This document shows, piece after piece, positions 10,672-20,562 of a DNA stretch of 64,000 bases. A program made the translations under genes and the position numbers. The notes beneath the pieces were generated by a model. That model was not told the DNA's origin. It did no database searches and worked only from the letters and a program-made list of their open reading frames with translations. The DNA comes from Deltaproteobacteria bacterium (GTDB lineage: Bacteria; Desulfobacterota; Syntrophobacteria; BM002): contig JAJDNL010000239.1 in NCBI GenBank assembly GCA_022340745.1, forward strand, positions 155-64,154. Direction: 5' to 3'. Each line of letters opens with the position of its first letter. Positions within the stretch are counted from its first letter, which is position 1.

Positions 10672-11361
10672 ATGAAAATCCTTGCCATTGACACGTCCAC
10701 GCCCGTCGGGAGTATTGCTATAGTAGAGGGAGCTTTGCTCAAGGCTCAGCATATCCTCAACATCAGTGCAACCCACAATCAACGCTTGTTGCCGGGCATT
10801 GACCGGATTCTGAGGGATGCCGACTGGACCGTGGACGATCTCGATGGGCTGGCGGTGAGTCTTGGTCCTGGAAGTTTCACCGGTTTGCGAATCGGGCTGA
10901 GCGTCGTCAAAGGGCTAGCATGGGCAACGGGCAAACCGTTGGCCGGTGTTCCCACTTTAGATGCACTGGCAGCTAATATTCCCCTCGCCCCTTACCCAAT
11001 CTACCCGGTTTTAGATGCACGCAAAGGTGAGATCTATACAGCCCTTTACCGCATTGGCGATGAGCAGGTGCCGGAGAGGCTTACCCCTTACCTGGCGATC
11101 AAGCCTGAAAAACTTGTTGACCTCATCTCAGAGGAAACCATCCTGGTTGGAGACGCGCTCCTGAGCTACGGAGACTACTTGACAGGTAAACTCGGTGATC
11201 GTTTACATCTGGTACCACCCCATTTAAATGTCATCCATGCAAGCTCTGTGGCCTGGTTGGCCTGGCATAAGCTCCGCAGAGGAATACACGAAGACCTCTC
11301 ACGTTGCACTCCGCTATACGTCCGTCCATCCGAGGCAGAACTCAACAGGATGTCCGAGTAG
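10672..11361 (+). CDS. tsaB: tRNA threonylcarbamoyladenosine biosynthesis protein TsaB (YeaZ)
   Basis: MKILAIDTSTPVGSIAI... Kae1/YgjD-like inactive paralogue pattern; 229 aa. Confidence 0.85.
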   Translation: MKILAIDTSTPVGSIAIVEGALLKAQHILNISATHNQRLLPGIDRILRDADWTVDDLDGLAVSLGPGSFTGLRIGLSVVKGLAWATGKPLAGVPTLDALAANIPLAPYPIYPVLDARKGEIYTALYRIGDEQVPERLTPYLAIKPEKLVDLISEETILVGDALLSYGDYLTGKLGDRLHLVPPHLNVIHASSVAWLAWHKLRRGIHEDLSRCTPLYVRPSEAELNRMSE

Positions 11362-11665
11362 AGTTCCACGCTCACCGGCATGACCGTAATGCAAACCCAT
11401 TAGAGGTCAAAAAGTTGTGGTGTACCAATACAATGGCCACTGGAGTAGTGGAGTAATGGAGCAACGGAGTAATGAGAAAAGAAAGCCTTCGACATTTGGA
11501 TATTTTCCAATACTCCAGTACTCCAACACTCCAATACCCCAATGATTAGATCATTATTGACAAAATAGTCCAGATTGCATATAGATATTCATTTATCCCT
11601 TCATTTTAGGTAATCTCATTCACATCCAACTTTTTGTAGGCTGGATGCTTCAAGGGGAATAGGGT

Positions 11666-11884
11666 ATGGAAAAATGGGATGAAGAGTTGATCGCCCGTCT
11701 CCTTCCTCGCAGCGAAGAGTTGCGCCAGTACATTGAAGAACATCAGCGTTATGAGGAGCAACTGGAAAAATTCAGTGAGCGCCCGTATCTGACTAATGAA
11801 GAGGAAATGGAGAAGAGACGCATCCAAAAACTGAAATTGGCGGGCCGAGACAAAATCGAGGCCATTTTGGCCAAACATAGATAG
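11666..11884 (+). CDS. DUF465 (YdcH-like) small coiled-coil protein
   Basis: 72 aa. LEEHQRYEEQLEKF...LTNEEEMEKRRIQKLKL matches the DUF465 consensus. Confidence 0.6.
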   Translation: MEKWDEELIARLLPRSEELRQYIEEHQRYEEQLEKFSERPYLTNEEEMEKRRIQKLKLAGRDKIEAILAKHR

Positions 11885-11893
11885 AGGTGAGTT

Positions 11894-13582
11894 ATGAAGC
11901 TAACAGGAGCCCAAATATTCTTTGAATGTTTGAAAGCCGAAGGAGTTGAGGTCGTTTTTGGCCTGCCGGGTGGAGCAGTCATCGACCTCTACGATGAGAT
12001 GCCCAAGCACGACATACGCCACATCCTCGTTCGCCACGAGCAGGGAGCAACCCACATGGCCGATGGCTATGCCCGCGCCACTGGAAAAGTGGGTGTTTGC
12101 CTGGTAACCTCGGGCCCTGGAGCAACCAACACGGTTACCGGCATTGCCACGGCTTATTGTGATTCCATACCCATAGTGGTTTTCACCGGCCAGGTACCCA
12201 CACCTCTGATAGGCAATGACGCCTTTCAAGAGGCAGACATTGTTGGCATCACCCGGCCATGCACCAAACACAACTACCTAGTAAAAGACGTCCGTGATCT
12301 TGCCAGGGTCATTCGTGAGGCGTTCTTTCTGGCCCGTTCCGGTCGTCCGGGTCCTGTGCTGGTGGATCTGCCGAAAGACGTAATTATTAGCAAGGCTGAT
12401 TTCAACTATCCCAAGAAACTTGAAATGAAGGGGTATAAGCCCACCACCGAGGCTCATATGGGCCAGATCAAAAGAGCCTACAAAGCAATTGCCAAAGCCA
12501 AAAGACCAGTGATTTATGCCGGCGGTGGCGTGATCCTTTCCAGTGGCGCTAAGGAGCTCAAACAGCTGGGTGAGAAACTCATGTGTCCGGTGACCACTAC
12601 CCTCATGGGTTTGGGCGGGTTTCCAGCCCCTCACGAGTTGTGGCTCGGGATGTTGGGAATGCACGGCACTTTCCGGGCCAATATGGCTGTGGCGAATAGC
12701 GATGTACTCATTGCTATAGGTGCCCGCTTCGACGATCGGGTAACCGGCAAGCTCGATGAGTTCGCCCCATCGGCCAAGATTATCCACATTGACATAGATC
12801 CGACCTCAATAAGTAAGAATGTCAAGGTCGACATACCCATTGTTGGGGATTGTAAAGATGCGCTCAAAAAGTTGCTCCAACTGGTCAAAGAAAGTCCCAT
12901 TGACGACCTGGAGAAGGTCAGGAAGCCGTGGCTGGATCAGATCAAGAAATGGAAGGAAACCTATCCTTTAGCGTATGAACAAAGGGACGATTTGATCAAA
13001 CCGCAGTATGTGGTCGAAAAACTTTACGAACTTTCTGAGGGTAAGGGCATTATTTCCACCGAGGTTGGTCAAAACCAGATGTGGGCGGCCCAGTACTATC
13101 ACTTCTCCAAGCCCCGAACGTTGCTCACTTCGGGCGGACTGGGCACTATGGGGTACGGCCTTCCAGCAGCCATCGGCGCCCAAGCTGCCTTTCCTGACCG
13201 CTTGGTCATTGATGTTGCCGGAGACGGCAGTATTCAAATGTGTATACAGGAGCTTATCACTGCGGTGGAAAATAATTTGCCGGTGAAGGTGGCAATTCTG
13301 AACAACCAATATCTGGGGATGGTCCGGCAATGGCAGCAACTCTTCTACGAGCAGCAATACTGTGCTACCTGCCTCAAGATGGCACCGGATTTCGTAAAAT
13401 TGGCTGAGGCTTACGGTGCTGTAGGACTGCGTGCCACCAAACCCAGTGAGGTGGAACAGGTGATCAAGGAAGCATTTGCCACCCCCAAGCCGGTAGTCAT
13501 GGACTTTGTGGTTAACCCTGAAGAATGTGTCTACCCCATGGTGCCTGCTGGAGCAGCTACCACAGAAATGATCCTGGTATAA
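11894..13582 (+). CDS. ilvB: acetolactate synthase large subunit
   Basis: 562 aa TPP enzyme. [18 protein letters not shown] and GDGSIQM motifs; followed by ilvN and ilvC. Confidence 0.9.
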   Translation: MKLTGAQIFFECLKAEGVEVVFGLPGGAVIDLYDEMPKHDIRHILVRHEQGATHMADGYARATGKVGVCLVTSGPGATNTVTGIATAYCDSIPIVVFTGQVPTPLIGNDAFQEADIVGITRPCTKHNYLVKDVRDLARVIREAFFLARSGRPGPVLVDLPKDVIISKADFNYPKKLEMKGYKPTTEAHMGQIKRAYKAIAKAKRPVIYAGGGVILSSGAKELKQLGEKLMCPVTTTLMGLGGFPAPHELWLGMLGMHGTFRANMAVANSDVLIAIGARFDDRVTGKLDEFAPSAKIIHIDIDPTSISKNVKVDIPIVGDCKDALKKLLQLVKESPIDDLEKVRKPWLDQIKKWKETYPLAYEQRDDLIKPQYVVEKLYELSEGKGIISTEVGQNQMWAAQYYHFSKPRTLLTSGGLGTMGYGLPAAIGAQAAFPDRLVIDVAGDGSIQMCIQELITAVENNLPVKVAILNNQYLGMVRQWQQLFYEQQYCATCLKMAPDFVKLAEAYGAVGLRATKPSEVEQVIKEAFATPKPVVMDFVVNPEECVYPMVPAGAATTEMILV

Positions 13583-13756
13583 CACTTTGCCAGTTGTCCG
13601 TGGTCAGTTGACTAAAATCGCATAGCGCATAGCGCAATAAAGTGTAAACGAAGTGCGCTGTGCGCTGAGCGCTCTGCGCTTTGCTGCGAACTCAGTGAAT
13701 TGGTAGAGGACAGTTCTCAACAGGTACAGCATAGCGATTGAAAATGTCGCTAGCGT

Positions 13757-13898
13757 ATTGAAGCTCCCTGCAGTCCGCCTGCGGCGGACAGGGAATCTTC
13801 GAAATGTAAGGAAGAGATCCCATTTTATTGTAGTTCGCTCGCTAACCCCGTCCGCCTTCGGCGGACTACGGGGAATGCGCTCGCTGGAGCATTTTCAG
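13757..13898. repeat. dispersed repeat module ATTGAAGCTCCCTGCAGTCCGCC(T/G)(T/G)CGGCGGAC(TACGGGGAATGCGCTCGCTGGAGCATTTTCA), two tandem partial copies in the ilvB-ilvN spacer
   Basis: The same module occurs at 39770-39833 (+) and reverse-complemented at 37837-37943. Fragments at 3600-3620 and 47515-47530. Confidence 0.65.
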
Positions 13899-13931
13899 TT
13901 TGCTTCTGCGTAGGCTGAAAGGAGAGACGTC

Positions 13932-14426
13932 GTGAAGCATACCCTCGGAGTTCTGGTGGAGAATCAGCCCGGTGTCCTTTCCCGGGTAGCTGGCCTGTTC
14001 AGTGGCAGGGGGTTCAATATTGAAAGCCTGACCGTGGCCGAAACCCTTGATCCGCAAATTTCCCATATCACCTTGGTGACCACCGGCGACGAAATGATTA
14101 TGGAGCAGATTGTCAAGCAGCTCAACAAGCTGGTTAATGTGATCAAGGTGATCGATTTTCGCGAGGTGAAATTCGTGGACCGGGAAATGGTCCTGATCAA
14201 GGTGAAGGCCGAGGCCAATACCCGATCTGAAGCACTCCGGATTGTGGATATTTTCAGGGGCAAGGTGGTGGACGTCAGTCCGAATTTTTTCACCATTGAG
14301 GTAACCGGTGACGAGGGCAAAATCCAAGCGATTCTCGATCTGCTGAATCAGCAGGGTATTGTTGAGGTGGTCCGCACCGGCAAAGTCGCCATTGCCCGCA
14401 GTAGAAAGAACAGCACAAAAAAGTAG
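13932..14426 (+). CDS. ilvN: acetolactate synthase small (regulatory) subunit
   Basis: 164 aa; ACT domain ([33 protein letters not shown]); GTG start. Confidence 0.9.
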   Translation: MKHTLGVLVENQPGVLSRVAGLFSGRGFNIESLTVAETLDPQISHITLVTTGDEMIMEQIVKQLNKLVNVIKVIDFREVKFVDREMVLIKVKAEANTRSEALRIVDIFRGKVVDVSPNFFTIEVTGDEGKIQAILDLLNQQGIVEVVRTGKVAIARSRKNSTKK

Positions 14427-14587
14427 GGGCGGGACACTGATATATCCCGTCTTGTCAAAAATCGGGAACCATTTGAAGAGCTACACATTGTTGCCTGAAT
14501 CCACCGAGGAATGTGCTTTGCTCTGATCTTGATGGTTATCTGGACCTATCGGTTCTCGGTTCTTTACTGGAGCTACAGGAGGACACA

Positions 14588-15580
14588 GTGAAAATTTACT
14601 ATGATTCTGATGCCGATTTGGGCGTGCTGAAAGGGAAAAAAGTGGCAATCATTGGCTACGGCAGTCAGGGCCACGCCCAGGCACAAAACTTGAGGGATAG
14701 TGGCGTGGATGTTATCGTTGCCGAACTCAAAGACACTGCCAATTATGACCTGGCGAAGGAACATGGTTTCGAACCCACCACAGCCGATGAGGCTTCGAGC
14801 CTTGCCGACGTGGTTCAGATCCTTGCTCAGGACGATGTTCAGGCAATGTTGTACCGAAAAGAAGTTGCCCCCCACATGACCGAGGGCAAAACCCTGGTCT
14901 TTTCACACGGCTTTAATATCCACTTCGGCCAAATCAAACCTGCGGCACACCTGGACGTGGTTATGATTGCTCCCAAAGGTCCGGGCCATTTGGTGCGCAG
15001 CGAATACGAAAAGGGAGCGGGGGTACCATCTTTGGTTGCCATTCACCAGGATGCCACCGGCAACGCTCTGGTGACGGCTCTGGCATACGCCAAAGGGTTG
15101 GGAGCCACCCGTGCCGGGGTAATTGAAACCACTTTCGAAGAAGAAACCGAGACCGACCTTTTCGGGGAGCAGGCGGTTCTTTGTGGTGGAGTGACAGAGT
15201 TGGTCAAGGCAAGTTTCGATACCCTGGTGGAGGCCGGCTACCAGCCGGAGATCGCTTACTTCGAGTGCCTGCACGAACTGAAGCTTATCGTTGACCTTTT
15301 TTACCAGGGAGGCATATCCTATATGCGCTACTCGGTGAGCGATACAGCCGAGTACGGGGATTACTCTCGGGGCAAACGAATAATTACGGAAGAAACCAGG
15401 GAAACCATGCAGGAGATCCTGGCTGAAGTGCAGAGCGGTGAGTTCGCTCGGGAGTGGATTCTGGAAAATCAGGCCGGTCGCCCCGTTTTCAATGCCCTGC
15501 GACGGGCGGAGAGAGAGCACCCTATTGAAGAGGTGGGCGCCAAACTTCGTGCCATGATGCCCTGGTTGAAGAAGTCCTAG
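14588..15580 (+). CDS. ilvC: ketol-acid reductoisomerase
   Basis: [22 protein letters not shown] Rossmann N-terminus, class I KARI. Start placed at the in-frame GTG at 14588 (VKIYYDSD...) rather than the upstream ORF extension. Confidence 0.9.
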   Translation: MKIYYDSDADLGVLKGKKVAIIGYGSQGHAQAQNLRDSGVDVIVAELKDTANYDLAKEHGFEPTTADEASSLADVVQILAQDDVQAMLYRKEVAPHMTEGKTLVFSHGFNIHFGQIKPAAHLDVVMIAPKGPGHLVRSEYEKGAGVPSLVAIHQDATGNALVTALAYAKGLGATRAGVIETTFEEETETDLFGEQAVLCGGVTELVKASFDTLVEAGYQPEIAYFECLHELKLIVDLFYQGGISYMRYSVSDTAEYGDYSRGKRIITEETRETMQEILAEVQSGEFAREWILENQAGRPVFNALRRAEREHPIEEVGAKLRAMMPWLKKS

Positions 15581-15623
15581 CCCGTGCACTAACAGATACT
15601 TCGAGATCTTCGATGTCGGTACC

Positions 15624-16271
15624 ATGAGACGATTGCCCATTGCCAAGCAAGGCTCTCCATACATTATTGGCCTTGCGGTGCTGTTACTGCTGTTCGGTCT
15701 TTTGGGCTGGACTATTTTGACTGTTCTGACTTTCATCGTAACGCTTTTGGTGATAAACTTCTTCCGAGACCCTGAGAGAACCATACCGCAGGACCCCAAG
15801 GCGGTGTTGGCGCCGGCTGATGGACGAATCATCTTCGTCGGCAAAGTATTTGAAGATAGGTTTTTAAACAAAGAGACTTTGAAGATCAGCATCTTTATGT
15901 CAATCTTCAACGTCCACGTGAACCGCATACCTTTCTCCGGAGAGGTGGAAAGCGTTCATTACCAAAAGGGCACATTTTTTGCTGCTCATGTGGATAAGGC
16001 CTCTAGAGACAACGAACACAACGCAGTGATTTTGAGAATCTCTGGGGGTGAAAAAATAGTTTTTATCCAAATTGCCGGCTTGGTCGCTCGGCGAATCGAC
16101 TGCTGGGTGAAGCCGGGTGAGCGGGTTCAGCGGGGCGACCGTTTTGGTATGATTCGTTTCGGCTCCCGGCTGGACGTCTTCGTTCCCCTCGACAGCGAGC
16201 TGGCAGTGAACAAGGGGCAAGGTGTTAAGGCAGGAGAGACTATTTTATGTTACCACCAAAAAAACAAGTGA
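15624..16271 (+). CDS. psd: phosphatidylserine decarboxylase proenzyme (short, archaeal/anaerobe type)
   Basis: 215 aa. PSD family core with the GS-R self-cleavage region (RFGSRLDV). Overlaps pssA by 25 nt (coupled). Confidence 0.8.
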   Translation: MRRLPIAKQGSPYIIGLAVLLLLFGLLGWTILTVLTFIVTLLVINFFRDPERTIPQDPKAVLAPADGRIIFVGKVFEDRFLNKETLKISIFMSIFNVHVNRIPFSGEVESVHYQKGTFFAAHVDKASRDNEHNAVILRISGGEKIVFIQIAGLVARRIDCWVKPGERVQRGDRFGMIRFGSRLDVFVPLDSELAVNKGQGVKAGETILCYHQKNK

Positions 16272-17062
16272 AGCGGAAAAGCAATAAGCGGAAACAGAAG
16301 AAAAGAGGTATCTACTTACTCCCGAATCTTCTTACCACCGGCAACCTATTTTGCGGCTTTTATAGTATTGTTGCCACCATCAATCACGACTTCAGGACGG
16401 CAGCAATTGCGATTCTTTTTGCCTGTCTCTTCGATATTCTCGATGGCAAGGTGGCTCGTCTCACTGGCTCCAGCAGCCGCTTTGGGGTGGAGTATGATTC
16501 TCTGGCGGATCTGGTGGCTTTCGGTGTAGCACCTGCTCTGCTTGTGTACAGGTGGGCGCTTGAACCATTCGGCCGCCTGGGGTGGGGAGCGGCTTTCGTC
16601 TTTGTTGCCTGTGGTGCCCTGCGGCTGGCTCGTTTCAATACCCAGACTAATTCGACTCCCAAAAAGCATTTCGTGGGACTTCCCATTCCCGGAGCCGCCT
16701 TAATGGTAGCCACAACCGTGATGTTTTTTTACCGGATGGGAGGCAGTGGTCCCACAAAGCATTTCCTGTTGTTGGCCATGACCTACCTCTTGGGTTTTCT
16801 CATGGTCAGCAGCATCCCTTACAACAGCTTCAAAGAGTTTGATGGATTTCAGCGGATGCCGTTTCGGACACTGTTCTTGATAATCCTCCTCTTGTCGGTA
16901 ATCGCTGCCCAACCTTCCATCATGCTCTTTACTCTGGGCTTTGTCTATGTGAGTTCAGGCCCTTTGGGTTACACTCACGGTTTACTCCAAAGCCGCAGGC
17001 AATCCGTTGAGGGACAAACGGATAGCCAGGAGATGGTAAAGAGCAAAAACAGAACAAAATAG
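16247..17062 (+). CDS. pssA: CDP-diacylglycerol--serine O-phosphatidyltransferase
   Basis: CDP-alcohol phosphatidyltransferase motif DILDGKVAR...G...D...D; multi-TM; psd-pssA pairing. Confidence 0.85.
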   Translation: MLPPKKQVKRKSNKRKQKKRGIYLLPNLLTTGNLFCGFYSIVATINHDFRTAAIAILFACLFDILDGKVARLTGSSSRFGVEYDSLADLVAFGVAPALLVYRWALEPFGRLGWGAAFVFVACGALRLARFNTQTNSTPKKHFVGLPIPGAALMVATTVMFFYRMGGSGPTKHFLLLAMTYLLGFLMVSSIPYNSFKEFDGFQRMPFRTLFLIILLLSVIAAQPSIMLFTLGFVYVSSGPLGYTHGLLQSRRQSVEGQTDSQEMVKSKNRTK

Positions 17063-17163
17063 AGGCTACTCCCACCATACGAGGCAAATGACGAAAATGA
17101 ACCTGAGTGCCTGAAGCCTTGTAACAGACCATTACCACTTCGTCAGTCAAGACTTACAGGGTC

Positions 17164-17336
17164 TAGCCCGGATATTTCATGAAATATCCGGGCTCAATCT
17201 ATTCCCCTCCCAGGTAGTATCCAGGAAGGGGAAATTTTTCTTTACAGTGGGGTCAACTGCTTGGTGGTGTCACCACTTGCGGCTGACACCACCGTGATGA
17301 ATGTTAGCCCGGATATTTCATGAAATATCCGGGCTA
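17164..17336. mobile_element. MITE-A compound copy: two minimal 31-bp perfect palindromes flanking a 110-bp hairpin-rich core
   Basis: TAGCCCGGATATTTCATGAAATATCCGGGCT occurs at 17164-17194 and again at 17305-17336. The segment between them contains a 10-bp stem (GGTGGTGTCA...TGACACCACC). Lies 9 bp upstream of the leuC start. Confidence 0.7.
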
Positions 17337-17344
17337 GATGACCA

Positions 17345-18622
17345 GTGACAAAGGTAGCTACTATGAGAATGACGATTACCGAGAAAATTCTTGCGGCCCA
17401 CGCCGGATTGGACAGAGTAGTACCGGGAGAACTCATCGAAGTCAGTGTTGACTTCTCCCTCGCCAATGATATTACCGCGCCCATTGCCATTGAGCAGTTC
17501 CGCCAGGCGGGTGCTGAAAAGCTCTATGACGTGGCGAGGGTTGCTCTTGTCCCCGACCATTTTGTACCCAACAAGGACATTGAATCTGCCGCCCAGTGCC
17601 AGCTTTTGCGTGAGTTTGCCGCCGAGCATGAATTACCCCATTTTTTTGAGGTGGGTCGCATGGGCATCGAACATGCACTCCTGCCTGAACAGGGACTGGT
17701 CCTCCCCGGAGATGTGGTAGTGGGAGCCGACAGCCACACGTGTACCTACGGGGGACTCGGAGCCTTTGCCACCGGCGTTGGCAGTACGGATCTTGCTGCG
17801 GTTATGATAACCGGCCGGACCTGGTTCCGCGTGCCGGCCTCCATCAAATTTATCTTCCAGGGGGATCTTCGTCCCTGGGTTACCGGCAAGGATCTGATTC
17901 TTTATACCATTGGCCAGATTGGCGTTGATGGTGCCCGTTACCGGGCCATGGAGTTCACCGGCCCTGTCATTGCTCAACTCTCCATGGATCAACGGTTGAC
18001 CATGGCCAACATGGCCATTGAAGCAGGGGCAAAAAACGGCATCATCGCACCTGACGAGTGCACCCGGGCGTTTGTGGAGGAAAGGGCCCAGCGGCCCTAC
18101 CAATTTTACCAAAGCGACGCTGATGCTGAGTATGAGCAGGTCATTACCTACAATGTTAGTGAGATCGAACCACAAGTGGCCCTGCCACCTTCCCCAGCGA
18201 ACAGCCAACCGGTTTCATCCTTGGATGAGATTCCCATTGACCAGGTAGTGATCGGCTCCTGTACCAATGGCCGCATTGAGGATTTGAGATTGGCTGCCCA
18301 GTTGCTGAAAAGCCGCAAGGTGGCACCTAGGGTACGCTGCCTCATCATTCCTGCCACCCAGGCCATTTACCGACAGGCCATGGATGAGGGTCTGTTCACA
18401 ATTTTTCTCAAGGCGGAGGCTGCTATAAGCACCCCGACCTGTGGTCCCTGCCTGGGTGGTTACATGGGCATTCTCGCTGCTGGGGAGAGGGCTGTGGCCA
18501 CCACCAACAGGAATTTCGTGGGGCGAATGGGTCATCCGGAAAGTGAAGTCTATCTGGCCTCTCCTGCCGTGGCAGCAGCCTCGGCCGTGCTGGGCCGCAT
18601 CGCCAGCCCAGAGGAACTGTGA
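17345..18622 (+). CDS. leuC: 3-isopropylmalate dehydratase large subunit (archaeal-type, about 420 aa)
   Basis: Aconitase-family catalytic domain with a Cys ligand triad (SHTC...CTNG...CGPC); followed by leuD and leuB. Confidence 0.9.
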   Translation: MTKVATMRMTITEKILAAHAGLDRVVPGELIEVSVDFSLANDITAPIAIEQFRQAGAEKLYDVARVALVPDHFVPNKDIESAAQCQLLREFAAEHELPHFFEVGRMGIEHALLPEQGLVLPGDVVVGADSHTCTYGGLGAFATGVGSTDLAAVMITGRTWFRVPASIKFIFQGDLRPWVTGKDLILYTIGQIGVDGARYRAMEFTGPVIAQLSMDQRLTMANMAIEAGAKNGIIAPDECTRAFVEERAQRPYQFYQSDADAEYEQVITYNVSEIEPQVALPPSPANSQPVSSLDEIPIDQVVIGSCTNGRIEDLRLAAQLLKSRKVAPRVRCLIIPATQAIYRQAMDEGLFTIFLKAEAAISTPTCGPCLGGYMGILAAGERAVATTNRNFVGRMGHPESEVYLASPAVAAASAVLGRIASPEEL

Positions 18623-18630
18623 AGATTATT

Positions 18631-18930
18631 CACCACAAAGAACACGAAGGGCACAAAGGGGAATACAGAGCCTGTCCGATAACTGCTTTCCCCTCCCCTA
18701 GCGGGAGGGGATAACGGGGAGGGGGGGGGAATATTAACCCCCTGAAGTTTCATTGCTTTTTCACCCCCACCCTAATTCTCCCCCGTCGAGGGGGAGAGAA
18801 TTATGAGGTTGTCGGACACCCTTTACTGAGAGATTAGAAATCGCTATTAACTTGAACTCTGGTCGAGATAATTGCCCTATTTCAACTTTAGTCCTCAATA
18901 TTCTTTGTGTACTTTGTGACCTTTGTGGTC
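18631..18930. mobile_element. MITE-C-like insertion (about 300 bp) between leuC and leuD with imperfect 28-bp TIRs
   Basis: CACCACAAAGAACACGAAGGGCACAAAGG at the left versus CTTTGTGTACTTTGTGACCTTTGTGGTC at the right (reverse-complement related). Interior has two GC-rich palindromes and a G9 homopolymer at 18721-18729. A related terminus pair sits at 45585-45710 between porA and porD. Confidence 0.55.
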
Positions 18931-18968
18931 CAATCTTGATGTGATTGCAACCTAGGAGATGAAGATAC

Positions 18969-19463
18969 ATGAAACTCTCTGGCAAGGCATGGAAGTTCGG
19001 GGCTGACATTGACACTGATGCCATTATTCCAGCTCGCTATCTAAACACTTCAGATCCGCAGGAGCTTGCCCAGCATTGCATGGAGGACGCTGATCCCGAG
19101 TTTGCCCATAAGGTCTCACCAGGTGATGTTATTGTCGCTGATAGGAATTTCGGTTGCGGCTCCTCGCGAGAACACGCCCCCATTGCTATTAAAGCGGCTG
19201 GGGTAAGCTGCGTAATTGCCGCCAGCTTCGCTCGCATTTTCTACCGTAACGCTTTTAATATGGGTCTGCCCATTCTGGAGTCAGAGGAGGCGGCGGCAGA
19301 TGTTGTCACGGGCGAACAGTTAGAAATAGATCTGGCAACTGGAATTATTATCAACAAAAGCCGAAACTTGTCTTACAAGGCTCAGCCAGTGCCGCCCTTC
19401 ATGCAAGAGTTAGTGGCCGGAGGCGGTCTGATACCTTATGTTATGAAGAGATTGAGGGATTAA
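18969..19463 (+). CDS. leuD: 3-isopropylmalate dehydratase small subunit
   Basis: 164 aa aconitase swivel domain (GDVIVADRNFGCGSSREHAP). Confidence 0.9.
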   Translation: MKLSGKAWKFGADIDTDAIIPARYLNTSDPQELAQHCMEDADPEFAHKVSPGDVIVADRNFGCGSSREHAPIAIKAAGVSCVIAASFARIFYRNAFNMGLPILESEEAAADVVTGEQLEIDLATGIIINKSRNLSYKAQPVPPFMQELVAGGGLIPYVMKRLRD

Positions 19464-19473
19464 GGAGTGGTGA

Positions 19474-20538
19474 ATGTCTAATACTTATCGGATTGGCGTG
19501 ATTCCGGGCGATGGCACCGGTCCTGAGGTGGTAGCGGAAGGCCTCAAGGCCCTCGCAGCCGTTGCCGAACGTAATGGCTTCTCCTACGAACTGGTTTCCT
19601 ATGACATTGGCGGGGAGCGCTATCTGAAAACTGGTGAAACCCTGCCTAAATCAGTGCTCAATGAACTGCAGGAAGTGCACGCCATTTACTTGGGTGCCAT
19701 CGGTCACCCTGAGGTTCAGCCCGGGATTCTGGAACAGGGTATCTTGTTAACAGTCCGGTTTGCCCTGGACCAGTACATAAATCTACGCCCGGTCGTCCTC
19801 TATCCTGGTGTCTGGACACCGCTGCGGGATAAGAATCCTGAAGATATCGATTGTGTGGTGGTTAGAGAGAATACCGAAGGTCTCTATGTTGGCAGTGGTG
19901 GTTTTTTGAGAAAGGGTACTCCGGATGAGGTTGCCATTCAGGAATCGGTGAATACGCGCAGAGGCGTGGAGCGCTGTGTCCGCTATGCTTTTGAGCTTTG
20001 CCAGCGCCAGGGACGTAAGAAGGTAACGCTTTGCGGTAAGACCAATGTATTGACCTACGCCTTCGACCTGTGGGAGCGGACCTTCAATGAGGTAGGCCAG
20101 GAATACAAAAACATCGAAACGGATTATGCCCACGTGGATGCCATCTGTATGTGGATGGTGAAAAATCCAGAATGGTTCGACGTTATTGTGACCGACAATA
20201 TGTTCGGTGACATTATTACCGATCTGGGGGCAATGATTCAGGGTGGGATGGGCATAGCAGCCGGGGGCAATATAAACCCACACGGTGTTTCCATGTTCGA
20301 GCCCATTGGAGGTTCTGCCCCTAAATATACCGGGAAAAGTGTAATCAATCCTCTGGCAGCCGTTGCTGCCTTGGCCATGCTCCTGGATAATCTGGGCGAA
20401 GAAGATGCTGGTCGCCAGGTGGAGGACGCCATCAAGCGTGTAGTGAAAGATGACTTGAAAAGCATGGACGCCGGTCATATGGGGTATACTACCCAGGAGG
20501 TTGGTAATTTGGTGGTTAGATATATTTCAGAGAGCTAG
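19474..20538 (+). CDS. leuB: 3-isopropylmalate dehydrogenase
   Basis: 354 aa; [14 protein letters not shown]-terminus and NMFGDIITD motif of isocitrate/isopropylmalate dehydrogenases. Confidence 0.95.
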   Translation: MSNTYRIGVIPGDGTGPEVVAEGLKALAAVAERNGFSYELVSYDIGGERYLKTGETLPKSVLNELQEVHAIYLGAIGHPEVQPGILEQGILLTVRFALDQYINLRPVVLYPGVWTPLRDKNPEDIDCVVVRENTEGLYVGSGGFLRKGTPDEVAIQESVNTRRGVERCVRYAFELCQRQGRKKVTLCGKTNVLTYAFDLWERTFNEVGQEYKNIETDYAHVDAICMWMVKNPEWFDVIVTDNMFGDIITDLGAMIQGGMGIAAGGNINPHGVSMFEPIGGSAPKYTGKSVINPLAAVAALAMLLDNLGEEDAGRQVEDAIKRVVKDDLKSMDAGHMGYTTQEVGNLVVRYISES

Positions 20539-20562
20539 TTGGTTTATAAGAGGTAATGGGCA

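Noticed and set aside
14903-15928. 341-aa ORF on the minus strand
   Set aside because: Lies entirely antisense to ilvC and psd, which have strong family signatures; low-complexity translation with no motifs; classic shadow ORF.
18721-18729. G9 homopolymer considered as a programmed frameshift or phase-variable coding tract
   Set aside because: It is in the non-coding leuC-leuD spacer, not inside an ORF; kept only as a possible slipped-strand or assembly-quality flag.
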